Below are positions 1 through 12,959 of a DNA stretch of 64,000 nt, one piece after another (the stretch's first letter is position 1; every line of letters starts with the position of its first letter). The DNA is taken from contig OZ024748.1 of assembly GCA_964016885.1 (NCBI GenBank), forward strand, positions 50,530,001-50,594,000. The letters run 5' to 3'. A program made the translations under genes and the position numbers. Origin of the DNA: Eledone cirrhosa. Lineage: Eukaryota. The notes below the pieces were generated by a model. That model made no database searches and was not told where the DNA came from. It worked only from the letters and a program-made list of their open reading frames with translations.

Positions 1-1
1 A

Positions 2-98
<97 letters not shown>

Positions 99-99
99 T

Positions 100-430
100 T
101 GTCACCAAAACTATTCGTAAAGACCTGAAAATCCGCCCCTTCGTTGCTGTAGTGGAGTCTGTGCTGCTGTACGGGTCTGAGACTTGGACACTGACAAAGA
201 AACTCACTCAGATGGTAGATGGGTGCTACACTAAATTGGTGAGGATGGCTCTGAACATTAATCAGTATACACTGAGGATGAAAAGCTCAGAGCTCTATGG
301 GAACCTCCCAAATGTCAGCTCAAAAGTGACACAGAGGAGACTGAGGTTAGCTGGACCTGCTCACCGATATCCATAGTTGACATTGCACTCAGTGCTCCTG
401 TGGGAGCCCCAACATGGACAGGCTGGAAGA
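100..430 (+). mobile_element. RTE-clade LINE 3' fragment (RT C-terminal region)
   Basis: ORF 152-376 reads ESVLLYGSETWTLTKK...RRLRLAG, matching the LLYGSETW...RRLRWAGH region of RTE ORF2; directly follows a (TA)n tract. Confidence 0.8.
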
Positions 431-704
431 TTGCTAGTATATATTGCACTTCGATTGCTAGTATTTTAGTTTAACTAATCTATAAATTTGCTTTTCTTAA
501 TACCTGGTATTCTAATTATCGGAATCCTCCTTGTCTATTGTATATATATATATATATATATAATGTGTGCGTGTGTGTGCGTGTTTGTGTGTGTGTGTGT
601 GTGTATGTGTGTGTGTGTTTGTGTATGTGTGTGTGTACATACATATATACATTATACATTCCTAAATATGTAAATATGTAAGTATATATGTATGTATATC
701 TATA

Positions 705-795
705 TTTTTGCAGTTTCTGTTCACCACATTTCCCTCATAAGACATTCCGTACCCCGCAGCTATAATAGAATACACTTTCCACTTGCCATAACACT
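705..795 (-). mobile_element. highly decayed SINE remnant (CORE-type)
   Basis: 'gctataatagaatacactttccacttgcca' resembles, from memory, the antisense of a CORE-SINE body; very degenerate. Confidence 0.3.
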
Positions 796-2749
796 TCTTT
801 ATTATTTGTAAATTTATTTAATCACCACGTAGCTTGTATATTCCAATTTTCGCATATCTTGTTTTCCCACCTATTTATTCATCGCCATCAATTTTGTAAA
901 AAATAATATTGTATGCATATCTGAAGATTTAATCTTGTTATACAAATATCCATCATTTCCAATACATACTCACTAGATTTCATGTTAATTTTTCCTTCGT
1001 TTAATTTTCAGTAAATTCATTTATACGATTACTCCTAAACCTCTTACATATTTTGAAATAACCAACACGTAATGTAAGCTCCTGTGAAGGTGTTAAACTC
1101 GGTAATATTTGTCTCCATTCGCCCGCACATCACATTGTCCAATCCTGTAAAGCGAAACTCCCATAACATAGTATAGTCCTAGAATTGACTGGATAAATGA
1201 TGGACGTTTTGTTTTTGTTTGTTATAACAAAAACTGCTGCAACAATTCTTCTAATCTTAAATATTTGTACAATAACCTTTCTTTTGGTAGATATATCTTT
1301 TCTGCTAGAGATATAATTGTTATGTTGATTCTCAGCTTCCTTTTCGTTTGTGATAAATCAATTATCAATGTAGTTACAGCTTTCGTTTGAAGTTGAGACT
1401 ACGAGAAATATCCAAATATCTATAACGATTGAACGATACATCTACATGTTCACTCAATCTGCGATAAACAGCGTCCACCAAACCTCTTAAATCACACACA
1501 CCCCATTTGATAATCAGGTAGTTGGTTCGTCCACATAGGAAGAAGATATGATGATGAAGGTTAGAATGCTTTTAATCATACGTCTTTTCGATCAGGCTGT
1601 TCTGAGGCTAGCGACAACAAAAATAACACCAACAAAGTAACAAATATTTACAAGAGATCACAACATTATAAATGCTTTAAAATCCTGATCAATTGTAGAA
1701 AACTACATAGAAGACCAAATGGTTTCGGCGTTTTATATTGTTTTATTTATTGTTTAATAGCTTTTAAAATGTCTCCCAAATGATGTTAATATCTATTATT
1801 TCGATAAAAATTACCATCCGTTCTAATGCTATCCTTTTCGATCGAATACGTTTCCAACCATTCTTAATCTACTTTAAACTGCTAGATTACTTGAGAATTA
1901 TATAGTCGAATGCCCGTGTCCATAGAGCATAATATAAGGATTTATACAACTCAAATACTCTGTTTTTGAGAACCTAGTCATGCGCAGAGCTGATTTGCTA
2001 TATACTATACTAAGAACACTGTTACGCAACACATCCAAGAAGAGGGATATTTCCTGGTAGAAATAGCAGTCAAATTTACTTTAAATCATAACTATTTGTC
2101 TTATGATAACGTTAATGCTTTTCATCATATATCTCCACAATCGCAGCTGACGTCAGTCTAAACAACAACAACAGTTATCAAGCAATTTCAATTGTATTAA
2201 GGATACCCTGAAGAACTACGTGTGTGGAATATGATCAAAATATTCTACTGTCGATCTTATTTTGACATTTCAATATGCTTAATGTTAAAGATACTGTGCG
2301 GTGAATAGTATAAATAAAGACGGAAAATGGATTGTCGTTGGCATATTTCGTCGGCTACGTTAATACTATTACCTTTTGTAATTTAGTGAGTTGTAGTGGA
2401 GTGCATTCTGTTGCAGTCATTCGGGTTCAGAGCTCACGCCTCAGGACATCTTCCACTATTTTACCCTTCCCTCATACAGGCTCAGACAATAGATATATGC
2501 ATCGATCTTCCTATTTTAAATAAGCCATTATAAATATAGAAAGTTGGTATGGTTTCTACAGAATTGTTATGATTTTAGGGGTCTGCATGTGCTGTGATGG
2601 AAGTTGAGGTCAAACATTGACTGATATTTTGGTTGTTCTGAAACACAAGACGTCATACATATATGCTTATAAGAAAGTCTGAGAAATCATGCTTTTGATA
2701 ATTATTTATATAACCATTTGTCCTGTTATATATGATAGCAACATCTTAC

Positions 2750-2814
2750 CCAAATCATATCTACTGACATAGTTAATACTAGTTACAATTGCATAATGTA
2801 ATTCTTGATACAAT
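2750..2814 (-). CDS. candidate 65-nt internal exon of an unidentified host gene
   Basis: Minus strand: pyrimidine tract 'ttccatctttatttgttttacag', one open frame (LYQELHYAIVTSINYVSRYDL), donor 'TGG|gtaaga'. No homology recognised. Confidence 0.3.
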
Positions 2815-3452
2815 CTGTAAAACAAATAAAGATGGAACGTGAAGAACATAAAAAATAACAATTTCACGAGTGGGGGAACATTTTCTCCCACCCATAATTC
2901 TAGTGAGATTCTACATATTAAAAATTAAATGCAAAGCCACATGAAGTCGCATCCAATAGATTTATATCAATAAAAGACACGTTGAAAAATACAGCCATAA
3001 ATCTACAAAACGTTGATGTGGTTGATCTGTTCTCCATCTCGGTTGAAATAAGAGGGCTAAACAACCAACAAATCATCTAGGTTTCTTGATATCTTGTGAT
3101 AATGGGTGATATTCAATCTTTTCCTACTGATAATTGCAATTAACCGAACAACTATATCAGAAGAATCAAACTATTTCGGAAACATAATACAATTTTTATT
3201 AAGGCATATTATACGAGCCTGAATATATTTCCGAAGCCATTATATTTCCTCTGATAAGATGTAATTTCTAAAAATACAGGGGATGTAGAATAAATGTAGC
3301 CTTAATCTTATTACAGAATATAATTTTCAAATTTCTATTAGAATATTATAAAAGACAAAACCATTACGTTATTCAATAATACGCACAGTCATATATATAT
3401 AAATGCGTATATACATCTTGAATACACACACACACATATATATATGTGTATA

Positions 3453-3503
<51 letters not shown>

Positions 3504-3505
<2 letters not shown>

Positions 3506-3686
3506 ATAATTGTTTCTACTTTTGGCACAAGGCCACCAATTAAATCAGTGCATGACTGGTACTTTATTTTATGGTCCCCGTAAGGACGAAAGGCAAAGTT
3601 AACCTCGGCGGGATTTGAACTAAGACCGTAATGGGGCGTAACTCTTTTGCTGCAAAGCATCTACCGATACTGCCAATCCACCTGCC
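3504..3686 (-). mobile_element. tRNA-derived SINE, family A (octopus OK-like)
   Basis: Antisense A box TGGCAGTATCGG, B box GTTCAAATCC, central GCCTTTC..CCTTACGGGG domain, ATT tail. Confidence 0.85.
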
Positions 3687-3700
3687 ATTATATATATATA

Positions 3701-3891
3701 ATAATTGTTTCTACTTTTGGCACAAGGCCAGAAATTACCCAGTGCATTACTGGTACTTTATTTTATCTACCCCGTAAGGATGAAAGGCAAAGTTAACCTC
3801 GGCGGGATTTGAACTCAGACCATAAAGGGCCGTAACTCTTTGCTGCAAAGCATTGCGTCTGACACTCTACTGATACTGCCAATCCACCGCC
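3701..3891 (-). mobile_element. tRNA-derived SINE, family A
   Basis: Full copy in tandem with the previous one. Confidence 0.85.
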
Positions 3892-4276
3892 TAGATTGCC
3901 TATGTTACATAAATCATTTATTCATAATAATTATTTCAACGGTTCTCCCATGCAATCAAGATGTAATTCATTCATTTGTTGTTGTTATGAGAACAGTATC
4001 CTCAGATGAAATTCGATTTTGTGATATGCCGTCGGCATGAAAAACACGTCCTTCTGCTCGTGTGCCCTTGCTTCTCTGAGTTGATATATTATCTTTTAAT
4101 TGAGTTGATTTTCACGGGCTTGTGCCTGCTGTTTCTTGCGCCATTATAACCCCGTCTTATTGTCCTAATATATAAAGATATATTTATTCAATAATTCGTT
4201 GACTGATGCAAGGCAACGATACCATAATCTGTATGTTATCTATTTAATATTTTCTCTATTTCTAAAGAATTTCCTG

Positions 4277-4362
4277 CTGAAGACGGAATAATTCTTCTAA
4301 TATTGGTTACTTTAATGTATTAAAATAATTAATGTTGTTTCTTAATTCCAGAAAATTATGTG
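4277..4362 (+). ncRNA. degenerate hammerhead-like motif in a TA-flanked insert (about 4165-4509)
   Basis: CTGAAGA-C-GGAAT...ATTCC-A-GAAA; same stem II ends as the HHR at 51397; stems I and III are poor. Confidence 0.4.
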
Positions 4363-4509
4363 TAAAACTGACTTATTTTATTTTATCTAATATTTAGCTT
4401 ACGATTTTTAAGTTTAATTGCTTCTTTGATATTTCATCTTTTCATTGAGTCGTCTTGGAATAGTAGAGGCAAATACATTCTTTATTGATAATTTATATAT
4501 AAATTATCC

Positions 4510-7500
4510 ACGTGAAGCGCCAACCCAGAGACCCTCCCCTACGAGTGTCGACAAATGCCCAAAACTCCGAGTTGGTACCATCAATGTAGGCTCAATGAAA
4601 GGAAGAGCAGGAGAAATCGTAGAAATGCTAGAGCGAAAGGAAGTTGATGTATGCTGTGTGCAAGAGACTAGATGGAGAGGAGGGTCTGCTAGAGTCCTTG
4701 TAGGAAAAAGCCAGTGCTACAAATTTTTCTGGGTGGGAAATGACGATGGGATGGGTGGTGTAGGTATACTATTAGCTGACAAGTGGGTAGATAAAGTAAT
4801 CTCAGTGTACAGGGTAAATGCAAGAATCATTAAACTTAGACTAGTCCTGAATAAGACAATTACCACAATAATATCAGCTTACGCACCCCAATCGGGGCTG
4901 CCAGACGAACTTAAGGATAGGTTTTACGAGTCCCTAATACACACTACTGCTCTAACAGACGACAAGGACTTCCTAATCATTGCAGGAGATTTTAACGGAC
5001 ACGTAGGTAAACACTGCGACGGCTTCAATAGAGTACATGGAGGCCATGGAGTTGGCACAAGGAATGAGGAAGGATTCAGACTTCTAGAATTCTGCGACGC
5101 CAATGACATGTCGATATGTAACACAAACTTTAAAAAACCCGACAACCACCTGATCACCTATAGATGAGGGGAGCACTCTAGTCAGTTAGATTTTATCCTC
5201 ATCAGAGGACGTGACAGATGGACGGTCGTAAACACAAAAGCCTTCCCTAGTGAGGAATGTACATCCCAACATAGCTTAGTTGTCAGCGACCTCACGGTCA
5301 GAACTAGACGAGCCCTGAAACAGAGGCCAACCTGGAGAAGAAAGATCTGGAAGCTGAAAGTCCCCTCAACCAGTAACAGATTTAAAGATATTTTACTCAA
5401 CGCCTACGACAGTAAAGAAGAACAGATAGAGACATTTAACGTAGAAGAGAACTGGGAGTTCCTAAAAAATAACTTACTAGAGGCGACGGATGAGGTTTGT
5501 GGCTGGAGTAAGACCTCAAGCAGGAGGAGAGTGACTTGGTGGTGGAACAATAAGGTAGATGAAGCAGTCAAGGCCAAGAGACAGGCATGGAAAGAATGGA
5601 AGAACGGGGGGAGCAGGGTACATTACATAGAGACCAAGAGGGAAGCTAGGCGACAAGTATACTTAGCTAGGAGGGAAGCAGAGGATAGAAAATTCAAGCA
5701 TGTTTTACAACGTGAGGACCAGAAACAGGAGGTATTCAAGATTGCGAGGCAGTGTGTCAGAGATAGTTGTGATGTCATTGGAGAGAAGTGTATCCGGAAT
5801 GATAAAGGTGAGCTTGCCCTCACAAGTGCTGAGAAGAAAGATGCATGGAAGAGTCATTATGATAGATTACTAAATGAGGAGAATGCATGGGAAGAAGAGA
5901 CCCTACCCCACGTAGACCCTATAGAGGGACCAGCAGTACAAGTCAGCGGCAGCGTAGTAAGTAAGGCAATCAGAGATATGAAGATAGGGAAGGCAACCGG
6001 TCCATCGGGTATAGCTGCCGAGATGCTGAAGGCATCTGGGTCTGTAGGTCACACTATAACCACACGTATCGTTAACCAGGTAATACTAGAGGGGGCCATA
6101 CCAAAAGATTGGTGCAGTAGCATCATTGTCAACTGCTACAAAGGTAAAGGCGATGCACTAGATAGAGGAAACTATAGAGGTATAAAGTTGATGGACCAGG
6201 TCATGAAAGTAACAGAAAGAGTTATAGCACAGCTGATTAGGGACCGGGTGAATATAGACGAGATGCAATTTGGGTTTGTACCAGGGAAAGGCACCACTGA
6301 TGCCCTCTTCCTTGTGAGGCAATTACAGGAAAAGTACCTAGCTAAAAGTAAGCCACTCTACTTGGCATTTGTCGACCTTGAGAAAGCCTTTGACAGAGTT
6401 CCACGTGCAGTAATCTGGTGGGCTCTTAGAAAACTAGGAGTAGATGAATGGCTTGTGAAAGCGGTACAAGCCATGTATAGGGGAGCAGTCAGCAAAGTTA
6501 GGATTGGCAATGAGTATAGCGAGGAATTTAGCGTACAGGTTGGGGTCCACCAGGGCTCTGTTCTTAGCCCTCTCCTGTTCATCATAGTCCTGCAGGCAAT
6601 AACGGAGGAGTTTAAGACCGGATGCCCATGGGAACTCCTGTATGCTGATGACCTCGCACTCATAGCTGAATCTATGGTAGAACTAGAGAATAAATTCCAA
6701 ACCTGGAAGCAGGGACTAGAGAGAAAGGGCCTCAAAGTCAACATGACAAAGACTAAGGTCCTTGTAAGTAGACGAGAAAACAGAACCCAGATCCCCTCAG
6801 GGAAATGGCCTTGCTCAGTATGTAGGAAAGGTGTAGGTAGAAACTCCATTCTCTGCCCCAAATGCAAACAATGGGTACACAAGAGATGTAGCGGGATCTC
6901 AGGAAGCTTAATTAAGAATGTAGGATTCACATGCAGCAGCTGTGCTGAAACAGCAAGCAAACAGCCACAGGAAACAAGTACCACCAATCTCTGGGAGGGC
7001 CCTGTAGAAACAGTAGACAGCTTCTGCTACCTAGGTGACCGAATTAGCAACGGAGGTGGGTGCTCAGAAAGTACAATAACTAGGATAAGAACGGGATGGA
7101 AGAAGTTTAGGGAACTACTACCACTGCTAGCTGCAAAAGGCTTCTCCCTCAGAATGAAAGGCAGACTGTATGATGCGTGTATCCGAACAGCGATGTTGCA
7201 TGGTAGTGAGACCTGGGCGCTGAAGGTGGAAGACTTACGTAGATTAGAGAGAAACGAAGCCTGCATGCTCCGATGGATGTGTAACAGTAATATACGTGAA
7301 CGACAAAGCATAAAGGAATTGAGAGAGAGACTGAGCATAAGAGGAATCAAATGCTGCGTGCAGGAGAGGCGGTTACGCTGGTATGGACATGTGATGCGTA
7401 TGAAGGATGACAGCTGCATAAAAAGGTGCAGAGCACTAGAAGTTGATGGAAACCGCGGAGTGGGGAGACCCAAGATGACTTGGGATGAGGTGATAAAAGC

Positions 7501-7904
7501 CGACCTTACCCAACTACACCTCTCAAAGTCAATGACACACGACCGTGACTTCTGGCGTCACGCAGTAATACAGGGTACCCGACCTCCCATGGGTACATGC
7601 TGATGCATATAAACAATATGCCCCCCCCCCCTCCACCGCAAGGTGGCCGTGGAGGTGCCACGGCAAAAAAGCACCCAGCCCACACTGTAAAGTGGACGTG
7701 TAGGCGCCACGAAAAAGCACCCAGCACTCACTGTAAATGAGGTTGGTGTTAGGAAGGGCATCCAGCTGTAGAAATCAAGCCAGATCAGTTCCTGTATGAG
7801 CAAGGCATGGTCAGCCGACCAGACACTGCCCACAACAGGACAACCCGTCTAACCCATGCTAGCGTGGAAGAACGGACGTAAAACGGTGATGATGATGATG
7901 ATGA

Positions 7905-7908
<4 letters not shown>
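4510..7908 (+). mobile_element. near-full-length RTE-clade non-LTR retrotransposon
   Basis: APE endonuclease (GTINVGSM, CVQETRW, AYAPQ, GDFNGHVG), RT (QFGF, FVDLEKAFDRV, QGSVLSP, YADD), 3' UTR and (GAT)n tail 7887-7908 running into (TA)n. Confidence 0.95.
4511..7603 (+). pseudogene. RTE ORF2 (APE-RT) interrupted by one in-frame TGA at 5165-5167
   Basis: ORFs 4445-5167 and 5531-7603 share a frame; the interval translates openly as GEHSSQLDFIL...SQHSLVVSD...VCGWSK. Confidence 0.9.
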
Positions 7909-7978
<70 letters not shown>

Positions 7979-8341
7979 CGTGTTTTAGTGTACAATTAGA
8001 GAATAGCTTTTTTATCTAACATGTATTAAAAACACGACTCTGAAAAGTTTATTTAGTTTAATTTACAATTCGTTATGAACAGTTCATGCTTAAATTGGTA
8101 AAGAAATGTCGCTAAATCCTTGGGTATAATAATCTTTCTAAAACTTATATATACACAAATAAACATCTAATGATATAACAGTATAAAAAGTTTGATGTGT
8201 TTGCATACGTTTATATCATTAGATATTTATGTGTCTTATTTTATAAGAATATATATATGTATATATATATATATATTTATTAAAATAACAGATTAAAGTT
8301 TAAGCAAAGAATATATATATATATTGCATACATGCATACAA

Positions 8342-8427
<86 letters not shown>

Positions 8428-8669
8428 GTGTGTGTGTGGTCTTGTTTTGCTTAACTAATGAATATATATATATATATATATAATAATTAAAGAGTTAAAC
8501 AAGATTCAATGAGTACATCAAAGAATGAGTTTTACAGTAGATTGGAAGCACTCTACACGAAAAATAATTTTCCAGAGTTATTAATATTAAAATACAAATA
8601 TTAATAAAATAGATGTTCTTTTGATCAATTAAATTTTTTTATACATTTTTCAGACGTACAACAGTCATG

Positions 8670-8720
8670 TATTTGTCTGATGAGGACGTACTGTTGTACC
8701 TCTGAAATATGTATAATAAT
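8670..8720 (+). ncRNA. type I hammerhead ribozyme motif in a (TA)n-flanked insert (8481-8728)
   Basis: CTGATGA-GGACGTAC..GTACCTCT-GAAA-TATGTA-TA; same family as 28032-28098; stem I imperfect. Confidence 0.6.
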
Positions 8721-8721
8721 A

Positions 8722-8763
<42 letters not shown>

Positions 8764-8818
8764 CACACATATATATATATATATATATATGTATATATTT
8801 ATATATGAGTGTGTGTGT

Positions 8819-8972
8819 CTGCTTTGCAGCATAGAGTCATGACTCTTTACGTTGTGAGTTCAAATCCCACCGGGGTCGATAGAACAAAGCACCAGTGTGT
8901 ACTGGAATCGATTTAATCGACTTTCCCCTCCCCCGAAATTTCTGGTCCTGTGCCTAAATCAGAAACGGTTAT
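8819..8972 (+). mobile_element. SINE family A, long variant, 5'-truncated
   Basis: B box GAGTTCAAATCC, TCGATTTAATCGAC insert, GTGCCTAAATCAGAAAC end. Confidence 0.75.
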
Positions 8973-8975
8973 CAT

Positions 8976-9196
8976 AAATGGTTTCTTATATAGGCACAAG
9001 GCCATCAATTTTGTGAGGAGGGGAAAATCGATTAAATAGACCCCAATACATACTGGTGCTTTGTTTTATCGACCCCCCGTAGGATGAAAGGCAAAGTTAA
9101 ACTCGGCGCGATTAGAACTCAGGTCATAAAGGGACGTAACTCTATGCTACAAAGTATGGCGTCCGACATTCAACCGATACTGCCAGCCCACCGCCC
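8976..9196 (-). mobile_element. SINE family A, long variant
   Basis: Antisense full copy, tail-to-tail with the previous copy. Confidence 0.8.
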
Positions 9197-9279
9197 TCAG
9201 AAACCATTATCATTAATAAGAATCGATATGATTAATAAAGATGTTTACAATATTGATGATGAGAATGTTGAGTATGACA

Positions 9280-10060
9280 ATGGTGATGTCAATGGTGATG
9301 ATGATGATGATAATGATGATGATGATGATGGTGATGATGGTGATGTTGATGTTGGTGAAGGTGATGATAATGTGATGGTGATGGTGCTGATGATGATGTT
9401 TGTGAAGGTGGTGATGATGGTGATGATGGTGATGATGGTGATGATGATGTTGGTGAAGGTGATGATGATAGTGGTGATGGTGATGATGACAATGGTGATG
9501 ATGATGATGATAATGATGATGATGATGATGGGGATGATGATAGTGGTAATGGTGATGTTGATGTTGGTGAAGGTGATGATGATGGTGATGGTGATGGTGA
9601 TGATGATGGTAATGATGATGATGGTGATGTTTGTGAAGGTGATGATGATGGTGATGATGATGATGGTGATGTTGGTGAAGGTGGTAATGATGGTGATGAT
9701 GGTGATGATGATGTTGGTGAAGGTGATGATGATAGTGGTGATGGTGATGATGATGTTGGTGAAAGTGATGATGATGGTGATGGTGATGGTGATGATGATG
9801 GTAATGATGATGATGGTGATGTTGGTGAAGGTGGTGATGATGGTGATGATGATGATGATGATGATGTTTGTGATAGTGATGATGATGGTGATGTTTGTGA
9901 AGGGGGTGATGATGGTGATAATGGTGATGATGATGTTGGTGAAGGTGATGATGATGATGTTTGTGATAGTGATGATGATGGTGATGATTAAGGTGATGAT
10001 GGTGATGATGATGATGATGGTGATGGTGGTGACGATGGTGATGATGATGGTGATGGTGAG
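9280..10060. repeat. (GAT/GGT)n compound trinucleotide tract
   Basis: Directly visible. Confidence 0.95.
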
Positions 10061-10275
10061 GACTAAGATGCCTATAGAGGTGAACGTTGTTGATGATCAC
10101 CATAAACAGTTCTAATAATTCTGATGAAGGCGTTGCTAATGGCAAGAATTGGGAATATGGCGGCAATATCTACAGAACCTACGGCAGTGGTGGTGGGGGT
10201 GGTGGGGAGGGCGGGTTGGTGATAATGAATGATATTGTTGTAATGTCGGAGGGCTCAGAGGAGGAGGGGGGGGCA

Positions 10276-10570
10276 GAAGAAGAAGAAGAAAAAGAAGAAG
10301 AAGAAGAAGAAGAAGAAGAAGGAGAAGAAGAAGAAGAAGAAACAAGAAGAAGAAGAAGAAGAAGAAGAAGAAGAAGAAGAAGAAGAAGAAGAAGAAGAAG
10401 AAGAAGAAAGGGTAGAAGAAGAAGAAAAGGTAGAAGAAGAAAAAGAAGAAGACGAAGAAGAAAAAGGAAGAAGGATAGAAGAAGAAGAAGAAGAAGAAGA
10501 AGAAGAAGAAGAAGAAGAAACGAGAAGAAGAAGAAGAAGAAACGAGAAGGAAAAGAAGAAGAAGAAGAAG
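10276..10570. repeat. (GAA)n tract
   Basis: Directly visible. Confidence 0.95.
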
Positions 10571-11189
10571 TACTGTTGTAACTTAATGAAGTGAACCTTT
10601 TATGTTTGTCGGACAATCAGTGATTAAAAGCAAGGGGTGAATGAAGGGTGAGTATTGGGTGGATGTTAGAGAATTAAATGAACGAGACATATAAAGAAGA
10701 TGGCTGACATTGTGTTTCTGTTCTCTTTTGGTTTTTTACATTTAACATTTTGTCGAAAATCACCGTTGATTGTCATAATGATGAGAACTATGTATGTGGT
10801 GGATTTAGAGTGGCGATGTGACTGATATATATATATATATATACGTATATATATATATATATACGTATATATATATATATACATACATAATATGTATATG
10901 TATATATATATATATATGTATGTATGTATGGATGTATGTATGTGTGTGTGTGAGCGTGTGTATTTGTATATTTGTGTTTATGTAGGTAATGAAGATAGAG
11001 ATAATGCAGTGTGTGACATTAATGATGAGTGTGAAGTTGATGACAAAGATGATAATGATGATGATGATGATGATGGCTATACGTGTTAATAACAAAGGCA
11101 ATGATTATATCAAATGAGCACTCTGGAACCACTGATATTAGTGCTAATGGTTATTATGCCTACCGTAAGGACAACAAGAATGTCAGTAA

Positions 11190-11432
11190 TAATGATTTCT
11201 ACTATAGGCACAAGGCCAGTAATTTTGATTTCTACTATAGGCACAAGGCCAGTAATTTTGGTGGAGGGGAAAGTCGATTAAATCGACCCCAATGCATTAC
11301 TGGTGCTTTATTTTATCGACTCCTGAAGAATGAAAGGCAAAGTTAGCCTCTGCAGAATTTGAACTTAGAACGTAAGGGGCCATAATTCTATGCCACAAAG
11401 CATCTGATTAGACGCTCTACTGGTACTATCAA
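11190..11432 (-). mobile_element. SINE family A, long variant with duplicated 3' end
   Basis: 'gatttctactataggcacaaggccagtaattttg' occurs twice in tandem, followed by the SINE body. Confidence 0.8.
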
Positions 11433-11461
11433 TAATGATAATGATAATAATAATTTAAGAT

Positions 11462-12665
11462 GGAAAAAGATGGAAGCTATCCACACATGGGCGGTTTCAT
11501 TCCTTAGATAAGAGGTGGGGGTTATCACGTGGACTGTGGAAGAGCGAAAAAGTTTAGGCATAAAGATAAGAAAGATATTGACTAGACGTGGAGTATTTTA
11601 CCCAAAGAACGACATAGACATATTATATGTACCAAACAGGAGGAAGATGATTGATGTAGTACGAAGACAGCATTAGAACAGAAGAAAATAACATGGCGTG
11701 GTACATAAAAAATTCCACGGAACTGCTGTTGCTGGAAGTAAGGTCAGAGATGTGCAAAATAGAAGATTGCAAAGAAAAAAACACAGTACAAGAATTTGAA
11801 GATGGAGGAAACTAAAAGTAGATGGAGAGGAAAAAGAATGTATGGACAATTCCATTGAGATGTTGAAGATAGGACAGAGAAAGGAATTGGTTATGGATGA
11901 CTAAAAGTGATATAAAACTGGAAACAGAAGCCTTAATCTGTGTTGCTCCATAACAAACACTAAGAACTAACTATATCAAGCATAGAGTAGACCACACAGC
12001 AGACAGTGATAAGTGCAGAATTTGCAGCATAATTGGAGAAACTGTATCGTATATTACCAGTCAATGCACATCAATAGCCCAGAAAGAATATACGAGACGT
12101 CACGACAATATAGCAAGGATAGCCCCTCGGATACTTTGTGGCAAATATGCACTTAAGAGAGCAGAAAAGTGGTAGGAAAATAACCCTAAGGGCGTTATAG
12201 CAAATGATGATGTAAAGATCCTGTGCGACATTGTGATACAGTGTGACCATGAGATGGAGCATAGGAGGCCAAATATTGTATCAATTGCGAAAGAAAGCAG
12301 TGTTGGATCATATATGTAGCCTGTCCAGCTGATTAAAAGGTATGCGATAAAGAAGGAAAACCATTGATTGATGTGACACAGGTTAGCTTGGGGGATTAAG
12401 CAGTTGTGGTCACTGAAAGGGTGGTGGATAAACCAATAATAGTTGGAGTCTTCGGAAGAGTGAGTAGAGATCTTAAGAAGTACATTAAACAAATAGGGAT
12501 TGCAATACAGATGGAACACTTACAAAATCAACAGTATTGCTTGGAACAGCTCGAATACCCCGGAGGGTGCTCGATAAATAAGGGGTGTTACCAAAGTTCA
12601 CTTGTAACACGTACATCTCCAGTGTTAGAAGCTGAGTGAAGAAACAACAACAACAATAATAATAG
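11462..12665 (+). mobile_element. decayed R4/Dong-like non-LTR retrotransposon (3' part with restriction-like endonuclease)
   Basis: Interrupted translations AIHTWAV..WT..IRKILT..YPKNDIDILYVP, ETEALICVA.QTLRTN, zinc knuckle CRIC...ETVSYITSQC, RRHDNIA, HRRPNIV; AAT/AAC-rich flanks. Confidence 0.85.
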
Positions 12666-12959
12666 CAATAGTAGTGACTGTGTTAATGATGAAGAGAAGG
12701 AAGGAAGAAGAGAACAATTAGGATGATGATTCCAATGATTTTGGTGATTACGTTTGATAGTAACGGAATTGAGGTGTTAATTTGTAAATTGTGATTACAT
12801 TGATGATGTTAATGATAACGATAATGATAATTTATAATTCTTAAATGAAATTTAGCATGTTGAGGAGGAGGAGGTGGAGGAGAAGGTGGTGGAGGAGAAG
12901 GAGAGGAGGGAGGTAGAATAAGATATGAGATTAAAGATATTAAAGGTGAGGATGATAAT

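Noticed and set aside
1400-2175. Traces of an old dispersed repeat ending in aacaacaa (also near 3050, 36520, 47750 and 59840)
   Set aside because: Too decayed to define boundaries or class by eye
6358-7473. Antisense ORFs of 209 and 148 aa
   Set aside because: Shadow frames of the RTE ORF
9084-10616. Long ORFs rich in Met/Val, His, Glu/Arg or Leu
   Set aside because: Translations of (GAT/GGT)n and (GAA)n tracts, open in several frames on both strands
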